From: Podarcis tiliguerta
Taxonomy: Eukaryota
Assembly (NCBI GenBank): GCA_965153285.1
Contig: OZ229113.1
DNA length: 64,000 bases
Direction: 5' to 3' (one strand)
Numbering within the stretch: the stretch's first letter is position 1; each line of letters starts with the position of its first letter. Shown piece after piece: positions 1 through 12,300 of this stretch. The translations under genes were made by a program, and so were the position numbers. Under the pieces are notes generated by a model. The model worked only from the letters and a program-made list of their open reading frames with translations, made no database searches and had not been told where the DNA came from.

Positions 1-419
1 TGGAATGGTTGCATGATATATATTTCCCAGCCCCCCCATAAAACATGGGTTAATACTCCTTATAGGTTTGCACAATGGATTATGAAGGGCAGAGTTTTCC
101 ATATGACTCCAATGAGGATTGCTACAATAATAATGGTTTTAATTATTCAGTCTATTTGGCCAGATGTCCAAATCCAGGCAACCTTTCTGTGTTTTCTCTC
201 TCTCTTCTCTTCCCCTGCCTTTATTGTTCTCTCACATCTATCACTTCTGCCCTATTCAAGGGTCCTAAATCACAAGATTACAACTGTGTGAAGTGGAAAG
301 TGGGGTCATGGCTGCTGCCCCCATCTTCCCACTGCCCACACACTGAGGAGGGGAGGCTGCCTGTCATCCACAGCGCCCTCTGATGACTTGGAATCTGCAT
401 TGCACACAATTCCAAATTA

Positions 420-661
420 CAGTGGTACCTCGATTTTCAAACGTAATCCGTTCTGGAAGACCGTTCAAGTTCTTAAACTTTCGAAAACTGAAAACTCAAT
501 AGCCGACAGCCAGGCCTCAGGATCTTGCACTCAGTGGAAGCCACGTGGCATGTTCAACTTCCAAGGCGTGTTCGAAAACCGAAGCATTTACTTCCGGGTT
601 TACGGCATTCGAAAACCGAAATGTTCGTCAGTGGAGATGTTTGGAAACCAAGGTACCACTG
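420..661. mobile_element. Tc1/mariner-pogo (Tigger-like) MITE
   Basis: TA|CAGTGGTACC ... GGTACCACTG|TA terminal inverted repeats with TA target duplication. Confidence 0.85.
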
Positions 662-995
662 TATTGTGGTGGGGAACCCAAGTGTGTAGAGTAGGCTCCC
701 TGCTTCTGACTCCCCCTAAAGTGCAAACAGTGGCAGAGGTGCCAACTTGAATAAAATACTGGGGATGGGGAGCAGGTAAGCCCCGCCCCTCATAATCAAT
801 CACATAATGTGGTGCAGGCACACCATTTGAATGGAAATGCCCATCAAAGATTTTATGGGGGGCGGTGGCAAAGCCCCCTCGGTCCCTAGGAGTTGACTCC
901 TATGACCAGTGGGAAGTTAGGAGATGTGACAGTAATGGCCCCAACTTTCCTAATTTACTTTCTGCACATTCTGGAAACAATTGAAGACATTTATT

Positions 996-996
<1 letters not shown>

Positions 997-1043
<47 letters not shown>
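997..1043. repeat. (GTT)n microsatellite
   Basis: Direct inspection. Confidence 0.95.
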
Positions 1044-1724
1044 CTGACAAGCTTTCCAAGATGGACGAATAGGCCTTGGGTGTCCATTTTGAATTGTTTT
1101 TCAAATTCACATTCTGTGGTTTTTAACCGGGCTTTTAAAAGCCGTTTTTATTATATTTTCTGCATGCTCACACACACATAGTGATTTATAACATCTGGGC
1201 AAGGCTATTCTCCAATAACAGTATTTGTGAATTGATTTTTACCAGTATGTGTTGGACAATGAACTGGAATAAATGCATCTCAAAGTGATCCATGAAAACC
1301 TAATTTTCCTAAAGAGTATTGGCTCAGTATGGATTTTTCCAATGAATCAATTTGGTGTTGGGAACTATATTGGTCAACTAATTCTTCCTGATTGATCAAC
1401 TAATTCCTTCTGATGGTATCTTGAATGTATCTTGAAAACGTTAACAAACATTGGGGGGGGGGGAGATTATTCAGCAAACATGGGCCACCTTCATGTCAGT
1501 GGACTAAGTGTCGCATCGCTCTCCTACACTAGACTTTCTTGAGCACTCAACTTTTGCTCTGGATCAACAAACATGTGCTTGTGCCAAGCCAATGTTTTTA
1601 ATATTTAAACTGCCACAGTTCTGTGACATCACCAGTGCTGAGCGCAGCTCACCATCACAGATAACTAATGTAGCTGAGTCTGATCAACATAAGCATAAAG
1701 CCAGCCTGGTATCCGAATTCAGTG

Positions 1725-2250
1725 GTGGATTGTATGAGGGGCAATAAATTGTGCTTGAATCCTGGGAAACAGGGGCTCTTTGGGTTGGTTGCTTCCATGT
1801 CTGGGAGATTAGCCTGTTTTAGACAGGGTCACACTCCTCTGAAGGAGCAAGGATGGAGCTTGGGGGTATTCCTGGATACCACTTTTTCACTAGAGGCCAA
1901 TGGCATGCCTTTTACTGGCTTTGTCTGGCTTGCCAGCTATAGCTTTTCCTGGACAGGTGCAGCCTGACCACTGTAGTCCAGGTGCTGGTAACCCCGAGGC
2001 TGGACTACTACCATGAAATCTTTGAAGCTGCCCTTGGAGCTTGTCTGGAGACTCCAACTGGTGCAGAATGCTGCTAACCTGCAGTCTCATTGTTACATCG
2101 TCCGCATTGGCTGCCCATTTACTACTGAGCCAGGTTCAAGGGACCTTGGGGACCTCCTGAACCATCCTTTCCAGCTCCAATCATCTGCAGGAGTGTTGCT
2201 GACTGCCCCCCTCAGTCGGCAAGGCTCATCTGATTCCGACAGCAACAAGA
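1725..2250 (+). mobile_element. Degenerate L2 LINE ORF2 fragment
   Basis: Remnant peptides NKLCLNPGK, LKEQGWSLGVFLD, LPLELVWRLQLVQNAA resemble the L2 copy at 45724-47415. Confidence 0.7.
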
Positions 2251-3020
2251 AACAGTCTTTAGTGCATATTTGAAATACCGGTAAACAAAAGGTGATTGTT
2301 AATCTATTGAAATCAAGAGGCTTATATTTGACATTTCAGTTTCTGGTCTGTGTTGTTTGGGATATAAATTAGGAGAAAAATGCATGCATTTTGTTTTCCT
2401 AAAAAGGAGGAGCATGAGGCCTGTTTGCTCTCTTGAGAGCTTGAACATAAAGTAGACTGTCTTGCAAAGCAAAACCTTTAACTAGAGTCTATGAAAGCCG
2501 ATTTTAGGTGATGACTGGTACTTTAGAGGATACAGATTTAAACAAAACAGAAAAGACTCCAGCTCTTTGCAACAGTGGATTCAATTTTCTCAGGGAAAGA
2601 TTCCAGCAGGGCAGGGAAGCCATTACATGGATCATCTTCTTTCATCCTCTTGCATAAACTTAATACTCTGAGATTGCAGCTTTTAAGATTATTTTAGTAA
2701 TTTCCATTTTTCAATGTCATGCAGCATTTCTTTGAGGAAGAATTTCTTCTGTGAGCTTGCACCAAATTGAGTTTAAGATTTTACAATAATACCACACATT
2801 TCACTTACTCATTCCATTTTGATTCATTAAGGGTGCTTCAGGAAAATGTTGTCTAGCTTTAGATAATATATTGGGGTTGGGGTTTTTTTTGAATTTTGTG
2901 TTCTCATGTAGCATGTTTATGTTGTGAACCACCATGTGATCTTTGGATGTAGGGTGATATACAAATTTAGCAAATAAAATAAACAAACAATTTGGGATGT
3001 TTGCTTTGGGATCACCAGTA

Positions 3021-3381
3021 AGGTAAGGTAAGGGTACCCCTGCCCGTACAGGCCAGTCTTGACAGACTCTAGGGTTGTGCGCCCATCTCACTCAAGAGGC
3101 CGGGGGCCAGCGCTGTCCGCAGACACTTCCGGGTCACGTGGCCAGTGTGACATCGCTGCTCTGGCGAGCCAGAGCCGCACACGGAAACGCCGTTTACCTT
3201 CCCGCTGGTAAGCGGTCCCTATTTATCTACTTGCCCCCGGGGGTGCTTTCGAACTGCTAGGTTGGCAGGCGCTGGGACCGAACAATGGGAGCGCACCCCG
3301 CCACGGGGATTCGAACCACTGACCTTTCGATCGGCAAGCCCTAGGCGCTGAGGCTTTTACCCACAGCGCCACCCGCATCTC
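3021..3381 (-). mobile_element. Sauria SINE, full length
   Basis: tRNA-like head with GGTGGCGCTGTGG and GGTTCGAATCC boxes on minus strand, (ACCTT)n tail; 77-bp flanking direct repeats. Confidence 0.9.
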
Positions 3382-5046
3382 TGGATGTAGGGTGATATAC
3401 AAATTTAGCAAATAAAATAAACAAACAATTTGGGATGTTTGCTTTGGGATCACCAGTACACTGTAGCTATTCAGAAAGAAGACTGAACCCTATAACCACA
3501 GAGCAACTTGGTAAGTTGTGAAAGGCAATATCAATTCATTTTGCTTATCAACCAATATGTTGATCAACTCTAGCTCTAAAATTCTAAGCAACACACTGCT
3601 CACCACAAGCCACCCCCCATTATGTACCAGTGTCGTTGTATCTGGTGGGCAGGCATTTGAGGTCCTCTTGGCTGTGGGGTCCAGACTTGGACCCTTGAAA
3701 CCACTCCAGCTGGACCACTGCTTAGCAAGAAGGACAGTGTGAGCTAACCAGCTAACCAGTTTATTGTTTCAGAGAGCTAGAGATCAAAGAATGCATTCTC
3801 TAGCAAAGAAAACCTGTTCTCCATTTTTAATAGGTGTGAATCCCAGTTGAGGAATTAAAGTGACAAAACATTCAGAAGCGTTAAATCTTCCTAAATATAG
3901 GCGTACTTTCCCATTATCTAGGTTCAGTGTTTTACCTTCTGTACAACTCCAATAAAGATTTCAGGGTATACCTTTGGATTATGTTTAGGTCCTAGCAGGA
4001 TTGAAAATGCTGTGTCTGACATGCATTGGCAGTTTTACACAGAGAGTAGATAAAACCTATTGCTAGATTTAAGGAAATTATTGCATGAGTTAATTGGATG
4101 TTTTATTTCTATCAATGACAGGTATCAGTCCTTATGTGTAAGCACACAAGTGTGCAAGTAAGCATGTGCTATTGTATTATACTACTGGGTATACTTGTAA
4201 GTAAACATGTGTAATTGTATTATAGATAAGCTACGTGAATGTCATTGCTCTCTGCAATTATACACACATCTGGCTATCTGACATCTGGTCAGGCAACCAA
4301 GCAAGTTGTGTCATAGAAGGGAGCAAACATATGGTAATCTAGAAAATAGCCCATAAAGAGAAGGCAGCAGCATCTCCCTTGGGGGATGCATGACAAAGGA
4401 AATAGCATCCGACTTCTTTTTTTCAAGATCAATTTATATTTCCAAACTGAAACACAGATCCTGGTTACTCCTGAGAGCAAACACTTAAGAAATATTTAGT
4501 GCTAAGTTCTGACTACAAAGTTTGCTTTAATGGTTTCATTATTACCTGCCGATGCGGCAGAGCGAACGCTTTCCACAGCAACAAGTCAATAACAATAATT
4601 CCATATATTTTAATGAGGAGCTTTTGTGATCTTGGCAGATATTTGCTTAAGACTTCAGAGTGTTACATTGACTATCTCATAATGTTTAAGAGCTCAGAGA
4701 CCATTTTATTTTAGTCTTTGCTTCCGAAACAGAAGGCCAGACTTCATATTTTCCGTAAGGCAATTAAGCAGTCATTCCAGTCATAGCTGCAAGACCAAGG
4801 AATTACGAAATGTATACCATAACGTTGGTGAGAATTAAAGAAACTGTTTCTATGTGCTCAAATGCCTGCTATTAGCAGCTATCAAACTGGGATTGCAGAT
4901 GGCAAAAGTTTCCTTTGATATTTTTTTTCCTACGTGAAAGTAGGTCTCCTGGTCTTAAAAATATAAAAGTCAGTTCAAAGTTATTAAGCTTAACAAGAGA
5001 CGTTTAGCTGAATGCAAACTCAGAAAGATTTATTACCACTTTTAAC

Positions 5047-5184
5047 CAAGAGGTCAGGAATCTGTGACCCTTCAAGTGTTGTTGGACTCCAACTCCCATA
5101 AGACCCAGCTGCCATTGTCAATATTCAGGGGTGATGGGAGTTGTAGTTCATCAACATCTGGAGGGCCATTGGTTCACCATCTTC
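5047..5184. mobile_element. hAT-type palindromic MITE
   Basis: gttggactccaactccca...tgggagttgtagt inverted arms; 8-bp TSD (c/t)ttttaac. Confidence 0.7.
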
Positions 5185-8100
5185 TTTTTAACTTCTCCCT
5201 CTGTCATAGAGCTTAAGAAGCTGTTTGATATCAGGTCATACCCATGAAGGCAAGTATTGCCTATGCTGATCAACAGAAGTTCTGCAGCCTGTGACACAAA
5301 GGTCTTGCATATTACCTTCTACCTTGAACTTGGGACCTGCATACAATCCATCGCTGAGCTATGGTCCTTCCCACTGTTACATTAATCATATGTGGTACCT
5401 GCCCCCCTCCCCCCATTGTCAACTGATTAGGAGGGGGGTGCAGGCAAACGGTCTACCTAGTCATTCTTACCTTTAAGCCAGTTGCCAGACATTTCTGTTT
5501 CTCTATCTGAAACAGTTTCCTCCCACCGGGATCTTTGCTACACTGGAAATTCCATATATGTGCCATGGTACAAGGAATACACAGTCTGCTGGACTGAAAT
5601 CCAGTAGTGTCCAATGTGCTAACTCTGATCTCATCACCACCCTGCCTTCCCTTAGCTCTTTCCTGCTAAGCTGCTGGTTCTGGGTGAGGCAGATGATCAG
5701 TGGCTCTAACTCACCACACCAGCCATTCCTCCAAGAGGCTTGTGATGAGTTGGCACTGAGATATAGGAGACGGGGGGGGGGGGTTGTCACAGAGACTGCT
5801 TTCATTGTTTTGGATCATTGTGTTCTGGAGCTAGACAGGGCAGCAAGACGGTGTTGACGGTCTTTGCCCTCTCAGCTTGACAGGTTATGTTGGCTTTCTA
5901 TCCGCCTATTAAACAGGCCTTGTTATGACATTTGCAGTACAATTTTTAAAAAATAAATAAATGGGGAAAGTGTTACAAGATCAAAAACAGCAAAAAAACA
6001 AAAAAACCACAGCCCTAGTTAAAAAGCAAAACAGCAGCCCTTCACCACCCATTTGGATATAATTCTCTATTTTGTGCTACGAAAAAGAAATACATCCTTA
6101 ATGACCAACAGTGCAATGTTTCAATCACAGGATAATGTACAGCCCACATATTTGTGTTTTGATTTTTTATGGCAGCTCTTTTAAGCTGTTTTCCAAAGGT
6201 GACAAGGGAGACATGGTTTTGCTAAATTTGGGGGGGGGGGTATGGAGAAGAGTCTAGTGGGTTTTATTAAGGCTCCAGATCCTCCCCACTCTCAGATTCA
6301 AGCCCTGCCACTGATGATGTCTAGCAGGTTCACATCAAATATTGTTAACAATCTGCCTACCCTTCTATCGCCAAAGGCATTCAATGTACTTTTAAGCAAC
6401 ATGGAAAAATCAAGCTTTTAATTTATGTTTAATGGTGCATGGAAGTAATTGAAGGCCCAGTTCTATTTGATTTTCAGAACATTAAGGCAATGCAATGATA
6501 GTGGTCTGGAGAACAGGTAAGTTAACATTTTGAGCCAAGGTTGTCACCAGCAATCATTTTCTTGTTCCACCAGGATGATTTGCAGAGGATTTCAATACCC
6601 TTTTCTTCCTAAATGCCCATTTAGGGGAATTTAAACCTGGTGAGACCAAACATAAGCATGGATCAGAAGTCAGTATCTTAAATAATGTTTATTAAAGATC
6701 CTGCATTTTCCCAGAGAAAGGTAGATGGAAGAGCTTTGCTGCATCATCTCTCTCCATAAAGTCCTTACCAACTCTAGCTACAGAAATTCTTCATGTTTCT
6801 GTGCAGAGAGTCATTGCCTCTCCTTTCCCTTCAAGAGCCTTGCGATACTGGATTTAGTATGTGCTGAACTTCTGCAGAAAAGGATGGCATACGAAGATGA
6901 ATTGGCACTGGCAAAAATGGGAAAGGCAGATAGGGCATGTAGAGGGGGTGCTTGCCTTTCCACTCTAGTCTACAGGCTGGGGGCAGACCAGAGTGAAGCC
7001 TTCTTCACTCCAGTCCACTCCCAAGCTCCGCCCACTCACCCCAGCTGGATGAGCAAGGATTCAAATAGTTGGATGGTAGGAAAGCCTGCCAATCCAAGCT
7101 GCCGGCCTGTAGGTTCCCCAGCTGCTGTCCACCTAGCCCCAGCATTTCTCCCTTGGTATCTAAACCTGCCACGATGAGCTGCAACAGCCGCCCACCCCAT
7201 GACTGGGTAAACAGCCATTGTAGTTCATACAAAAATCAGTATCTGGGCGATTACGCTTTGGACTGATTTAGAATTTGTAGTTCACAAGTAAAGCCTACGG
7301 GCAGTTTATGGCCAGTTCTAACAAATGAATTACCTTAAGTGTACACTTGAGAAGAATTTGCAAATATTATTCTCTCTCTGACAGCAAAACTATTTGGAAG
7401 GATGCCACATGTCCTAAATCCAAAAATACTTTCTATTGATCTTATTTTGGTATTAACTTTAGAGCTTCATACTTCTTAAAATAAATATATTGAACATTTG
7501 TTTGACAAAAATCTCTAATTGGCTCCAAGTCATTTAAAAAACCTGTTTGGTTCCAAGGCAGAAGTTTACCTTGGAAATTATTGTGGCTATTTTGATGACT
7601 ATTCTACTGGAAGATCTATTTGTTATATGTCCAAAAGAAACTAACTCAATGAAGTTGTTTGTGTGTGCATGGATGTAGGGAAATGACGTATACCACCTTA
7701 TGTAGCAGGAACACTTTTCTCCACTGAGGTGTTGATTTGAATGAGGGGGCTTGGTTTCAATGCAGCCCCTGATCTGCTCTTGACATACATCTAAGAAGCA
7801 TTTCTCTCTCTCTCCATCATCCAAGCACTGATGGTAGAGGACCAGCATCAGCAGTCCTTTGTGCACCAGCAGGGATGGGGCTTCTATTGAAGAGATGGGA
7901 AAATGTGTGTCACACTGATTTTGTGGTAGAGGGGTCTACCCAGCTCTGTTGGAATATCAGTTTAACCCAGCAATCTTATGCACACATAGGTTTCAAGGCT
8001 GGTTTATAGATATTCCCTTTTTTACCATTACACATAATAAGTCATCCTAGTACCTTGCACCATGTGAATGCCAAATTTCATATTTCTATATGTTAGAGAA

Positions 8101-8709
8101 ATAGTGCAATAATTTTAATACCTGCCCTCTGAGTGAGTCAGCAGGTGAGCAGCTTTATATGTATAGTTTTGCTTCAGGGTAAGACAGTATCTAGCTTTAC
8201 ACAACTTAATATTTTACTTCTCCACAAAGGTGGAGGAGCAGAATGGCCAGTTACAGGTCTATTTTTGGTGTGCCTCCAGGTGGGCTTTCCGAAATGATCT
8301 TGTAGGTGGTTTGTAATTCCATCTCTGGAAACATTATGTGAAAAACATTTTCTTGTTTATGCAACTTATCTGTGCATTTACAATGTCATTTCAAAAAGGC
8401 ATTCTTTGAGTGCCAAAGGTTATGTCAAAATAAATGTTTTTTCACCTACATTTTCAGACAAACTTAAAGCCATTGTAACTAACTGATGTGCTTAGCATCA
8501 ATCAGGATCACACACAAAATAGAAGCAGAAATTAAATTTTCACTTACATTTCCAAAAATCCCCCCACACCTGCTATTTAAACAGTAGACCATTCAGTTTT
8601 GCTTATTGTGTTTACTATCTGCATCTTGGTCTTAAAGAGAAGACTATTTGACTACGTGATTTGTTAAATCATAGGTGGTATTTGGGGAGGGAGATACATT
8701 GTCATCCTT

Positions 8710-9368
8710 CTAAGGTAGTTTGTCCGCCTTTGGGCCACACCCTGTACTCAGATTTCCTGGAAGCTGTCAGCATGCAAAATTGGCCAAACCCTAGAAATGG
8801 CTTCAACTAGCTGGCTAAACCAGGTGAGGGTAGCCTCTGGGTCTCAAAGTCTCAGTGAGTTAGGGGCTTTCCCTGCATGAGAAGAGATCTCCAGTGGATT
8901 GAGCGGATGAGACCAATGGTGGGTCCAACAGTCAAGGAGGCTGTTTCTGCACATGCTGTAAAGGAAAGTGAGGGGCAGATGGCTTGGTCAACCTGAGAAA
9001 GCAGCTCATCCAGGAGAAGGAAAACTCTGATCCTAAACCCCAGCTGCCTTGCAGGATATCTCTGGGAGGAAAAAAAAGGATAAAGAATAAACAAATCTGG
9101 ATTGGTGTCCCCAAGATGGTTGGATGGCGCCTTGTACACCTCCTTCCAGCAACTCTTGCAGCCAAGCTAGTGCCCAACATATTACTCTGCTTTCCTTTCT
9201 ACCACATCAGCAAGACTGAGAGGGGGGTCTTGTTATCTGGGCAGTTCAGACCTTCCATACATAATGCCCAGGCTTGTGCCCCACTTTGGTGCTGCTAATG
9301 CAGCAATTTGACTTGACCCTGGGGGCACACTCCACTGTCTCTTGAGATAGATGGATGTCAACAACAAT
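8710..9368 (+). mobile_element. Probable non-autonomous RTE-derived retroelement (no ORF)
   Basis: AGGAGAAGGAAAACTCTGATCCTAAACC motif recalled from RTE 5' UTRs; (CAA)n-like 3' tail; left boundary approximate. Confidence 0.5.
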
Positions 9369-12300
9369 TGAGCAAGGACTACAGTAGAAGCCTCTTGTCT
9401 TGCACCTGACCAAATAATATCTATTAATGCTTTGGAAAATATGGACAACCAGAGATTGAAAACAAAGGGAAGAATTCAAAGTCACACTAATTTAAAATTG
9501 CTTAGCAGTGTATTAGTTGCACTAGTGGAATGACTATGCGCAAGAGAAACCACAGGAAGCCACTGTGGTTCTCATCACCAGTTGTCCAACAGCTTGCTTC
9601 TGTGGTCCCAGTACTTCCTGTTGCACAAGGTCCCATTAGCGCAACAGTTGTGCTGCATTTCATATTTCACAACCTTTATTTGTCCTTATGCTAGAGCAAA
9701 AGCCCTTGCACTGGTGACCCAAAAACATTGAATCCCGGCCAAATCTTTTATCTTAATGCTAGTATGAACTAGGTTTTCATTATCTGGGTTTTCTGTTCGT
9801 TTTGTTTTTTACGAAGATCTCGGCTATCTTCTTACCGCTTCCTCTGAGAGATGACCTTCCCTTTTTTCACAGCTTCACAAGCTGTATTCCTGATTCAGTC
9901 AGACCCAGCTTAAACAGGCAAAAGACGAAATACCCATGCCCCCCCACCAATGTTCTTTCAATTGTTATAACCCGAAGGCAGAAGAAACATTAAAAAGTAC
10001 TTTCAAGGGCAGCATCATGTGGTCAGCATCATTTGTATCCACCAGTCAGAAGAATGATGTTTTATCTCATGGCCATTAATAAAATATTGCAAACTCTATA
10101 TCCTGTGCATATTTAGTATTTCGTGAATCTACATTTGCAAGTTTGTCTTTTAGGAGTGCTTGTCATATCTGCATAGCAACATGCAAAAATAACAAAAATG
10201 CTTACTTTTAAAAATCCCAACTTGAAAAACACTGGGAAAATATAAATGACATAGATAGTGGAGGCATATGTATCTGCATATGGGGCAGTGTTAGCTAAAT
10301 ATGAAAGGAGGGGGATCATGGAAACTGGCAGTTAACTGGGATGCTAGGACATAAAGCAGGATTAGCGCAAAGCAGTACCCTGACAACTTATTCTGCTTGT
10401 GATTTATAAAGTCTGGCAGGAATTAAGAAAAACATAGGGCACTTCCAGGGCTGTTGCTAATTTTGGTTGGGATTCAATCACATATTGGCAAATTCAGATG
10501 GCACAATTAAATTGGGAGGTGTTGTGCAAAAAGCCAATTGCCCTCAAAGACTGGACTTTTTGCAATGTGGCAAGGAAATGCCCTGAAATTGTGCCATGAC
10601 ACTTCCTTTTATGCATTGTCATCTAAGTTCCCCACAAACATTTATTTATATTAATTAAATTTGTATACCGCCTTTCATCCTCAGGTCTCAGGGCGGTTTT
10701 CAACAAAAAATTAATAATATAAAAATAAGAACAGGAGGAGGAGTCACAGGCAAGAGAGATGAAGTAGAGAATGAACAAGCTGACAGACTTCATACATGAC
10801 TGATTCGCTGGCATCCTTGTCTGTCAGTTTAAATTATGCAACCAGGAAGCATGAAGCAATCAACTGTGGAGGTTAGTGTATTAGCATGAATGGGGCAGTC
10901 TGTTAGATGTGCATAGACCCCTTTTTCACCAGTGCTGAATGCCTAGAATATCGGGGGCAGGGCCATCAGATGCAACCTCACTTCAGCTCCATGTATTATG
11001 TGTGGCAGGGAAATGTGCATGCATGACATCACAGTTTCAATTCAGTCTGGTTTCTTACAAGTGGATGTGTGTGAAGGGAGAAGCCTCAGGCTTCCACTAT
11101 ATCTTCAACTACACATAAGCCCAGTTGACACAATCTGTGTGCTGCAAAAAAGGGACAGGGGGTTCACATGGGTGGCATCTAACTCCATATGCCCTAGTAG
11201 TTCATACTCGAGGTTCTGGGCATCCTAAAAGAAGGTGCATGAGCATAAAGTACACTTCCTTGCTCCACCGTATGGAAAATCTAGACACTGGAACCATTTA
11301 TGAATCAAGACTCATTGTGCCAATCTGGGTGTCATGCCCAGGTGGATGGCCTAAAACAAGCTCTATACAGATTTGGATTTTAAAAAAATATTTAAAGCTG
11401 AGATTCTGTGCTTTAGATTCTGAGATCTAAAGCTTCTCAGAATCTAAAGTGCAGAAGTTCAGCAAAGACACTGATCGAAAACTGTTCTTTGCCCACATGC
11501 AAAGAGGGAGCATACTTGTAGAGGGAAAACATTAAGTGTTCCGTAATCCCCAGTTCTTCTTTAGAAAGTATAATGGCTGAAATCATTTCTGTTGCCTTTT
11601 CACATTTACATTTCTCTGGCGAGAAGGATGGAAAACAGCAACAACTATGTACTCAAGTTTCCTCATACCAAGCAGCCATCGTAATATGGCAATGAAAGTG
11701 GCAGGTTGTAAGCACTGATTGGAGCATTTGAAATGGCTTGCTGTCTTATCCCCTGAAAGCATGATAAGATACTGTTCTAAATAAGCAGCCAGTCCCACAT
11801 TGTGCTAATGCAATATTAATTATTAGAGAGGCATAATAAAGGAAATTCAAGTCGTATTATTAAGGCTTTCCTGCATCACAGCTGAGAAGACAGAGGGCGG
11901 CTTCTAAACAAACAGATTATGTGGCCCAGGGCAGAGCTCAGCAAGCAATCTGCAATTATGTCTGCCCACAAGAGTGCTGTATTGAGTTATTGTGGGCAGT
12001 CCCAAAGGGAAAGGCTCTAGTGGCATAATGATTATTACAGATGCATTATTAAATATCCACATTTTGTTCATTTGATCACGGTGCCAACGGTATACTTCCA
12101 TTTCTATTCTGCAATTAATATGTGTTGCATGAAAGAAATGGCAGATGAAATGTACAATTCCTTTCAAAAGCCGAGACAAATAACCATGAATGGGGAAAGA
12201 CTAAACATAACTAAAAGTATTAAGCTTTTTCTGTTTTGAATGTGTACATTGACTAAGTGCTGCCTGAATAGATCAATAAAGATTATTTTTTTATGGAAAA

